Positions 54,362 through 64,000 of a stretch of 64,000 nt of DNA are shown piece after piece. How positions within the stretch are numbered: position 1 is the first letter of the stretch; each line of letters starts with the position of its first letter. The notes beneath the pieces were generated by a model that had not been told where the DNA came from, did no database searches, and was given only the letters and a program-made list of their open reading frames with translations. Position numbers and translations under genes: made by a program. The stretch is from Octopus sinensis (Eukaryota), in NCBI RefSeq assembly GCF_006345805.1, contig NC_043000.1, forward strand, positions 40,114,001 to 40,178,000, in the 5' to 3' direction.

Positions 54362-55251
54362 CGTGGTCTGATCAATAAGTATCCAGACTGTTGCTATAGT
54401 AACAAAGATAAAGCATTCACAGCGAACTCTGCTTTGTATGCGTACTAAGTTTAACGTTCTACCTCAATTCCGCTGTGTACAGTGCTTGGAAGGAAGATGT
54501 GTAGCGTGTGATCATCGCATTAACCATAACAGGGAAAGTTGAGCAGATCATCTGCAGCAAATTTTGCCAAAAGCTTGGCGATACCTGCTCAGAGGCCACG
54601 AAAAATTTTCAATAAGTATTCATCGTTCTCGATACAATCAAGGAGATCTTGGGCAACTGAATCCCGAGTGTCTTTTTGGTCAGCTGAAAGCAATTTTGGC
54701 ACAAACTTGGCAGATACGCGGCTCATACCAAAACCTTCAGTGATAATGGACTGAACCGAACCATAACTAATTTGCACATCCTCTGATTACTCAATAACTC
54801 ACCGATGGTTTGTCGATAGCTTCCCCTCACAGTTGCCCGCATATCTGCGGTGTTTTTCTAAGTCCTACTGGTTGCAGGTATCTCAGTTCGTCAATATCGA
54901 AATTTTGGGGGGCCATCTTGGGAATGTCTGAACCACTCGTACACTTGTGTGCGACCCACACACTTTTCTCCATACACTCTCTGCAATTTTGCCGTGAGCC
55001 TCTGAGCAGGGATTGCCATGACAACTTTCTCTGTCATGGTCAATGCGACGATCACACGCTACACACCTTCCTTCCAAGCACTGCTGTATATCGTGGTAAG
55101 TAAGTACTGCTGTAAAAAGTGAGCTAGAAGGATAAAACTTAGTACACATGCACAAAAGAGTTCAAGGTCAATCTTTGCTAAGCGGCTTGACTCTGCATGC
55201 TTTAGCTTCGTTACTATGGCAACAGTCCGGATACTTATTGATCAGACCTAG
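54362..55251 (-). mobile_element. Non-autonomous mariner derivative whose 3' half is replaced by an inverted copy of its 5' end
   Basis: TA-flanked TIRs GGTCTGATCAATAAGTATCC at both ends. Minus strand carries the transposase N-terminal third (..VSAKFVPKLLSADQK..). Plus strand 54362-54600 repeats TIR, 5'UTR and first codons. Confidence 0.85.
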
Positions 55252-55626
55252 TACATTTATGTGTGTATGCTCGTACTTTTGTACGTATGTCTTTGTGTGT
55301 ATGTATATGTATGTGTCTGTGCTAATATATTTCGGTTGCAATCTATGTTTAATATATGTAGAATTATAATGACAACCATATGTCTCAACGAATCTTTGTT
55401 CCCGTCATAACACAACTCTTCCAAGTAACTTGCATAATATGATCCAACTGACTAATATTCCACAGAGAGATTCCCATAAGAAAAATAAAAACAGATTTTT
55501 AGGCAACAGTGTTTATAGCGTCACATATGTAGCTAATATCGGAGTACAATTTAAGTAGGTGAGTTACTGTTAACATATTTAAGGGGCAATAAAAAAACAG
55601 AAGTAGAAATAAATATACAGCGAGAT

Positions 55627-55695
<69 letters not shown>

Positions 55696-55929
55696 GGAGT
55701 GATAGACAAACAGACAGGCAGACTGACTGACCGAGAATATATAAATAGTTACTATAGTTAGTATTAATATATCTATTACACGGAACATTAAAAATCTAAT
55801 TGGAAATAAACTATGTGGAGAGAGACACAGGCAGATAAATAGACAGACAGACTGTCAGGCAGACAGACAAACAGAGGGACAGATAGAGGGGAGGGGGACA
55901 GACAGAGGGACAGGGAGACAGACAGACAT

Positions 55930-56003
<74 letters not shown>

Positions 56004-57337
56004 TAATGCCAGTGTTTAATGTAGAAGTGATAAAAGTTAACTTGTGGTGACTATATGGAAAGATAGAAAGATAAACAGACTGTTAGGATAAATAAATAGC
56101 TAATTTAGTGTTAACGTATTTGTTGAAAGGGCCATTCATTAAGAAGCTAACTAGTGATAAATATATGTGGAAACAGATAGCTCGTTCAGTTACTGTGAAC
56201 ATCTTTAAAATCTCGCCAGTAATAAATAAATGTCGAGACGGAGATATAGACTGGTAGTTAAATTAGTTAACTAACTAGTAATAAATATGCTGTTAGATGG
56301 AAAGCTAACCAGACAGATACATAGTCAATTACGTTTAACACATTTCATAAGAAGAGCATCAAAACCTTAAATTGAGATAAATGTGCTGAGACAGACTGAG
56401 TCAAGTTTCTGTTTACGTGGAAGATTAAAGACCTAAATAGCAATATACTTAGCGGCGGGAAAACCAAACAACGTGGGAGATGAAAAACCTAAATAAAAAT
56501 ATATATGTCGGCGGGTAAAAGAAGCAAAACAAAACATTATTGGTGAATAAGTAATAAAGCTTTTAATCTTAAAGCAATTCTAGTTTTTTCCCGTCAATAA
56601 ATTCACACTATTATACAATTGCTTCGTAATTTATTTTCAGCATTACTTCAGCAGATATCGAGTGGCTATGCTTCACTGATGAGGGTAGAATAGGGGATGA
56701 AACAAGTCCGACTTATTGTTCCTCCACCAGACGAGTCAAATTCCCATGTATCTCTTCCTCTTCTACCCCATATTATAGCTACTCCTTTCAGGCTTTGCAC
56801 TATACCTAATAATTTCCTTTTCCCAGGACGTCAGCCGACTGATAGTCCCCTCTCTAGCCCTGTCCATAGTTGCAGCTGTTCAAGATAAATATCAGCCTCA
56901 TCGAATTCAGGCGCCTGGGAGGAGCGGGAAAGGCTAAAGGAGCAGCGTCTTCTTCTAAACAGAAGTCATTAATAAAAATTCTAAGAACTACTCACATATA
57001 AAATGACAGAAATTAAAACTGTCTATCACGTAATCTCACGCGTGAAAAGAACTAATGTATTCAATAAATTCACTTACCCATTTGTTATTTGCACCCGTCT
57101 AGTTGCAGTCTAGCGGTTACAGTTACATGAATCTTAACAGCTTCCCGCTGAACTTACTGAATGAGATACGTTAAAGATTCCCAATTAGTACACGTAACAG
57201 GGAGCTAGATGAGTTGATGTGCGAGCTTTCAAAATAACTCTCGGACTTCGTGAAAGAATGTCTTTTAATTCAATAAAAATTAATTTTATAGGAAATGTTA
57301 TTCACCATTTCCAAAATAAGCTACATATACACACCGC

Positions 57338-57385
<48 letters not shown>

Positions 57386-57389
57386 CATA

Positions 57390-57504
57390 CAGTAATCACT
57401 CGCTATATCGCGGTTCACATATCGCGCTTTCAGTACATTGCAGATTTTTACTTATCGCGGGGTCTTTTGGAAAAGCAACACTCGCAATAGTCGAGGGATT
57501 ACTA
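57390..57504. mobile_element. Small pogo/Tigger-like MITE
   Basis: TA|CAGTAATCACTCG ... CGAGGGATTACTA|TA terminal inverted repeats. Confidence 0.7.
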
Positions 57505-57611
57505 TATATATATATATATGTAATATAATATAATATAATATAATATAATATAATATAATATATATAATATAGTATAGATAATATATAAATTATGCATATA
57601 TACATAGATAT

Positions 57612-57665
<54 letters not shown>

Positions 57666-58211
57666 ATATATATTATATATATATATAGATATACATGCAT
57701 ATTTTGGTACAGGAATCAAAAGAGAAACGAGAACATAAAAAAACATAGAAAACGAGACAGGCAACATAAAGAACATTTCCCTCATCAGTTATCTCCTGTT
57801 TTATCTACTCCGCATTTCGAAAGTAGGGACAAGACGCGACTTCGTTAAAACAATCCTTCCTGCAAAGCAAATTAACTAAAATTTGGGCTTTTTTTGCGGA
57901 GAGTTAAAGTGGTATCAAAAACGTTTTTGTTACCACTTTAACCCTCCGCCACGTTCTCTCTAAAACAATTTTTGTTTTATTTAGTATACTTTTAAAATTG
58001 GTGCCTAGAAGGTTGCCACTATTACACAGATATTAACTGCGCAATTTGGTGGGAAATGTTTAAGAGTTCCACAGCCAAAACAAGATTGGAAACACTGCTT
58101 TACATGGTCTCTTGGTCTGCCTAGATATAGTAGCCAAATCCATCTTTCAAACAAAACCCTATCGTATTACCATAGTTAAATAAACAAACAAACAAATAAA
58201 TATATGTATGT

Positions 58212-58580
58212 AAACAAGAGCATTCAGAGAGCGCAAACCTCTGCCAAGGCAACACCAACGTCCTCTCAATGATTAGCCGGAGATGATTATTAAAATGAGA
58301 ATATCTGAAATACATTCGACTGCTCTCACAAACAAAAATGCTAAAAGTGAACCCGATTGCACTGAAAATTTAAGTAAAAAAAAAAAACGGAAAAATAATC
58401 CAGAATACTTGTCCGATACCGGATCGATCCCAAAATCTAATCAGTTCGTGCCACTCACGAGGCCAAGCATCTCTAAAAGTTTTATCCGAATCCATCCAGC
58501 GATTCTTGAGATATCTAGTCCACACAAACAAACAAACACGACTGGAAACAATACCACCGCCTTCGCTAAGGCGGCGGTAA
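58212..58580 (+). mobile_element. Helentron-associated non-autonomous element (HINE-like)
   Basis: 5' AAACAAGAGCATTCAGAGAGCGCAAACCTCTGCCAAGGC and 3' hairpin ACCGCCTTCGCTAAGGCGGCGGTAA, with subterminal inverted repeats. Confidence 0.6.
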
Positions 58581-59616
58581 GAAGAGCGACTACAGGATGA
58601 TATATTTTGATATAAAGTACATTTAAAAAAACTGGATGGTCATCACTGGATAACATTAGATCATAGGTCGACTCGATCAAAGCTGACAGGCTTAACAACA
58701 ACGACGATGATGACAACGATGACTACAACAACAAGTCACAGATATCCCTCATTTGCTACAACTCAGTGAATATTTATATAGTAAAAAATATTAAAAAAAT
58801 AGAGTGAAAATAGCCGAAAGAATCTTCATAAAATTTGGAATCGCCGATCGCAGTTGACAAACAACTTGGAGTAGTCGATGTCAGCTCAGCTGCCAGGGCG
58901 ATTCGGTTTGCATATCTCAGACGCCTGAGACACAATAAGTCAATAGGATACGTTGACCATAAAGATCTCATCTAAATTATACGCTGCATTATAAAAGAAG
59001 CAAATCTTCTTTAGAGAGACCATTATTATAATTCTTCTGTTATAGATAAGATCTATGTAAATTCTTGATAATGAGTTTATTATATGAAAATGGCGGACAG
59101 GATAAAACTTTGGGAGAGGGTATTAATTTTTAATGATTTGCCAAGAACAAAGAATAGGAATTAGGCGCTTTAGAAGAAGACTTGTTAACGAGACATATGG
59201 CCGTCTATTTTCTTTTATTTTACATATATGCAACGCACACACATACACACACACATACACACCACACACTCACACATATATATATAATACGGGTGGCTTA
59301 TTAGCAATTATACAACCTAAAGGCGAATTTATAGACGTCACTAACATGACAGAATATACTAAGTGGTACCAGCATTGCTAGAAATAAGAGTCAAAACAAA
59401 TCAATCGCCACAGAAGCACCATCTTAATCACTGGCAAGGGGAGATAAGTTCCCTAGCGGACAGCCAGATAACCGGTGATTTCGAATTTTGATGCAGTGCA
59501 TCTTAATACTCATCGGTGGTTCTTACTGCGCCTATGGTTGAACTCAACTCACCTTGTCAGCTTATAAGAAAATCGTTGAACTCATACACTGATTTATATA
59601 TATATATATATATTAT

Positions 59617-59651
<35 letters not shown>

Positions 59652-59837
59652 TACAAAATAAGAAAATGGAGGAATAGATTTCTTTCAATCATCAACTTCC
59701 AGATAATACCAATTCAATAATTTATTGACTAATTATATAGATTAAATAGGAACATCCAAATCCACAGAATAAGACAGAATAAAACAATATACATCAATAA
59801 GTAAGATAATACCATAAGAATAATACATATAAAATGG

Positions 59838-59967
59838 ATCTGACAGCTGTTTCAGCCTGTAGATAAGAGTATCTCATTATGCCCATATTAGTCAGATGTA
59901 TTGAGGTAATATGCAGTTAAAAATGAGTTACTTATATATATATATATATATATATATTATAGAGATA

Positions 59968-60007
<40 letters not shown>

Positions 60008-60046
60008 GATCTATATATATATATATCTCAAGGCCTCGTCAGAGAT
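59838..60046 (-). ncRNA. Type I hammerhead ribozyme with 172-nt microsatellite-expanded loop II
   Basis: Minus strand reads ATCT-CTGACGA-GGCCT-(59859-60030)-AGGCT-GAAA-CAGCT-GTC-AGAT. All core nucleotides are intact; palindromic stem III ACAGCTGT. Confidence 0.68.
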
Positions 60047-60531
60047 TATAAAGTACAATAATAAAGATATAAAATGAAGATAAAAATGCAATTATGAATA
60101 TTAAACAAGGTACACACATACAAGAATATGCATATATACATATATACATATACATATATACATATATGCATATATATATGTGTATATATATATATGTATA
60201 TGTATATATGTATACATGCATATTCTTGTACAGGTGCGGCCAAAATGTTCAGAACGGCATTGTTTTCGTCAGAAAAGTAAGTATAAGTTGTTTTATATTC
60301 TATAATTTTCACAGACAATAAATACGATATTACATTCCAACACACTCACACACCCACACCACTGAACATACAAATCCAAATGTATATTGACACCCACAGT
60401 CTCACATGTCTGCAGGCAAGTACACTGACACTCACACGATTATACACACGTACGTTCATACTCAGATATACACATGTACACATCAGTACACACCAGATAC
60501 GTCCACTCAGTATATATATATATTATATATA

Positions 60532-60581
<50 letters not shown>

Positions 60582-61021
60582 GGGTATATAATATATATAT
60601 GCACACATTCACAAGACTACTCAGACACACATGCAGGCAAGGAACAATAAAGAGCATATAGGCAAAAGCCCACACACCTGTCGATAGGCACATAGCAATG
60701 TATGAAATGATAGCATAGTGTTCACTGTTCAATGTGGATTATAGCAGTATACAGAAACACGTCTACTCTGCACATACATGCACACACAGATTGTACACGC
60801 TCGCAAGACTACTCACATGCAGACACAGAACAATAAACAGCACATGAGCAAAAGCACATACACTTGTCGATGGGCACAAAGCAATGTATGGAATGATAGC
60901 AATGTATGGCTTTCATGGCATGTAAACAACGTGTAATCAGTTCAGTTAATTAATTAATGACCTTTTCCCTAGTAAGCAAGATTGCTTCAAGCCCAATCCT
61001 CAGGTCTTCAAGCCACAATCC

Positions 61022-61880
61022 TCAGGTCCTAGATTGTGTGTTGTAGAGTTTTGCATATCTTATAATTGACCGTGAAATCTCATATTTAATCCTGTCAGTT
61101 TTCAGTTGCCACAGGAAATCCGCCAGTGATTTCGCGTGTCTCTTGTTCATTTTTTTAAAAACTAGAAACATGATTTTTATATCGATTCTTGAAAGAATCA
61201 GCCATGGCACCATCATGCACATAGGGGCTTCTCTTCGTGTGCACAGTGCATTTATAGACGATGTTACAAATCATGCAAAGGTTATCCAATGGCCAATTAA
61301 ATTTATCCCTACAGGAGCACATATTTGTGGCCGCCGTTGTTAGTGACCGGGGGTTGTGTAGTGGTTGTCCTGTCATTCCAGATATAATTGGCTGTGGATT
61401 CATCATGCCGTTGGTGTGCAGGTTCTGTAGGTTCATTGTTATAGGTATATATTTAGTTCTGGATGTTTCAGGGCTATCATTTTCTGTGATTAACTGTTGT
61501 TGGCTGTCAGTCATGCGAGGATTGAATGTAAATTAATTATCTGAGCATTCAGTGATGGTGTTTTTCAAGGCCTTTTAAAGTTTTACATTTATTTATTCTG
61601 TGCATATGCTACCACAAATTAGAAGAGGTTACATATGACTCCTTTACATTATGTCTGTTAAATATTGAATGATGTTTATGAGATTTCGGGAAGCATCTAT
61701 CAAGGGCTGTGAAAAATTGTCTGGTGATCTTGGAAGTTACATTAGAGGCATGACTCGAGTTGTACCAAAGAACAGTGTGGTTTCTATATTTGGTGTTAGG
61801 TTTATTTATGCTAGTGTTTTGTGTTTGTTTAAAGTGGCAAAAATGAGTAGTGCCTGTATTTCAAAAGGCCATCCTTGTTA
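61022..61880 (-). mobile_element. Penelope-like element relic (Penelope/Poseidon-like): RT thumb and GIY-YIG
   Basis: Minus strand: QFFTALDRCFPKSHKHHSIFNRHNVKESY, CSCRDKFNWPLDNLCMICNIVYKCTV..FKNRYKNHVSSF, KSLADFLWQLK..IKYEISRSII. Frameshifted. Confidence 0.85.
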
Positions 61881-62030
61881 CACTCCATGTCAGGCAGAAT
61901 CTCTCTGAGATCTACGTTAAGGGTACACGTGTCTGTAGAGTGCTCATCACATGCACGTTTATTTCAGGAGCTGGCTATTCCGTTGATCGGATCAACTGGA
62001 ACCCTCGTCGTCGTAAACAACGGAGTGCCA

Positions 62031-62107
<77 letters not shown>

Positions 62108-62493
62108 GACCAAGGTTACCGTGGTCTTTTTCGTAGGCTTTTCTTCCCACGGATAAACCTTACTTGCTTTCCCCTTTACACCATATATCATAACACTGTG
62201 ATACACGATCCCTATTGATCGTTTTTTTTCCTCTTCCCCTTTTTTTCCCCTTTTTTCTTCTTTTTTCATTTCTCTTTTCTTTTGTTCCTTTTCCTTTTCT
62301 TTTTTTTATTTTTATTTTTATTTTTTATTTTATTTTTTTTTTGTTCTTTTCTTCCCTTTTACGATCCCTCTTGATCGAAAACCTGCGCCACCCCTTTTTT
62401 TTTGTTTTTTGTTTCTTTTGTTTTTTGTTTTTTTTCATCCCCCAAAAGAACTTGTCCCATCTGTGTGCAGCCCTGTGTGGCCAATAAAGAAAC

Positions 62494-62576
<83 letters not shown>

Positions 62577-62597
62577 CCTACCTACCTACCTACCTAC

Positions 62598-62653
<56 letters not shown>

Positions 62654-62654
62654 A

Positions 62655-63487
62655 CAGGTTGTTTCAGAAAATTTTATATCATTTCGCAATTTAATAACTT
62701 TGCCAGTTCATGTTCAAATGACTTCCAACATGTGTAGAAACAGGTCAAAATTTTATGTTTAATGTTTGATATTTTTATCTTTTCAGGTATAGAAATGGAA
62801 GAGAAAAGGCGTTTTGTTTGTTGGAGTATGCTCGAACACGGTCGAACCAGACTGTGCAGCGTGCATTTGTGACAGAGTTCTCTAAAAAGTCACTAACGGC
62901 AATGCAGATTTGGACATGGCACAAAAAATTCAAAGAGGAAGGCTGTCTGTGCAGGGCTAAAGGATCTGAACGACCACTAACATCGGAAGAGACGGTTGAA
63001 CGGGTTCGCCAGAAACTCTTGCGAAGCCCCAGGAAGTCCATAAGAAGAACAAGTCTGGAAACCCAGATTGCTCCAACGACAGTTTGGCGTGTCCTGAAGA
63101 AACGCTTGTTAATGAAACCCTACAAGCGGCAGAATACAAGCGAAAGCGCAAAGAATACTGTGTTGATAAGCAAGAGAAACTCGAAGAAGCTGAGTTCAAG
63201 GAACGTTTTGTTTTCAGGGATGAGGCCACACTTCATGCGAATCGCAAAGTCAATATGCATGATGTTCGCATTTGGAGCGAAGAAAATGCCCATGCCACAG
63301 TTGAGCATGCTGGTGGTGTGCATATTGAACATTTGTGAAATCGTTCATGGAATCCACATTCCTTTGAATTTCTCATTCAAATATAGATGAATAAATCTCA
63401 TGTTGCTCCACATTAAGCCTGTTTAGTTTCATTTGCTTTGACTATGTAGTTTCTGTGATATTTACATCTCAAATTTTTTGAAACACC

Positions 63488-63490
<3 letters not shown>
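62655..63490 (+). mobile_element. Internally deleted Tc1/mariner (DD37D/DD41D-like) transposon
   Basis: TA-flanked TIRs CAGGTTGTTTCAGAAAATTT / AAATTTTTTGAAACACCCTG. ORF 62818-63390 encodes the HTH region (LEYARTRSNQTVQRAF..SPRKSIRR). A second frame has FRDEATLH..VRIWSEEN fused to the C-terminal GGVHIEHL*. Confidence 0.88.
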
Positions 63491-63542
<52 letters not shown>

Positions 63543-64000
63543 TAAAACAGGTTGCTCTGCCGCATACCGTATGTGAATTGCAGAGTTATGTCGTATATGG
63601 AGTCCCCACTTGTAGAAAATGGAAATAAACAGTCTCTGACTGCTATTTCTAATTCTTTCGGTATGCGCCAGAGCAACCTGTTGCCTGCCCTTTTACTTAT
63701 ATACTATATATATACTGAACTCCACAGAAGTTCCCGATGCTAAACGTCATATTTACATACGAAATCTACCGTAAATAATTGTTGGTTGTCGGAAAAACCA
63801 TCGAAAAAATTATTTACCATTTTATTATATATATATATATATAATACTAGTCACATACCTGTGATAAATATAAGTAACAAAGATAAATAAGTAAATAAAT
63901 AAATCTATGTAAAGAGCATGGATACAAATAACATAAGAAGCGAACCCATATACACACACAAACTCACACAATAACTTCACAGACAGCCGCAACAAGATCA

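Noticed and set aside
56670-56725. CTGATGA...GAAACAAGTC motif
   Set aside because: Stems I and II do not pair.

Overview
AT-rich, repeat-saturated animal genomic DNA. The tRNA-derived SINE families and (TA/CA/TACA/TATC)n density point to an octopus genome (inference from repeat content). No host protein-coding exon is securely recognisable, and nearly all ORFs in the track are microsatellite translations. Recognisable coding remnants are all transposon-derived: two Penelope-like elements (RT C-terminus plus GIY-YIG), three 3' fragments of a REL-endonuclease LINE, and several Tc1/mariner relics, alongside MITEs, a Helentron-type element and many SINEs. The main result is a dense set of type I hammerhead ribozyme (HHR) motifs, found by eye: 12 motifs at 9 loci, ranging from intact to degenerate. 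Two loci are tandem arrays of non-coding monomers (~564 nt and ~354 nt) carrying one HHR per monomer, which is the architecture of retrozymes (circRNA-producing non-autonomous retroelements). Both arrays have their sense 3' end in a (TA)n tract and a fold-back inversion at the 5' end. One array uses the compensatory U3:A8 core variant. Several solo HHRs have enlarged (40-170 nt) stem-loop II domains. Catalytic activity and expression are untested predictions.
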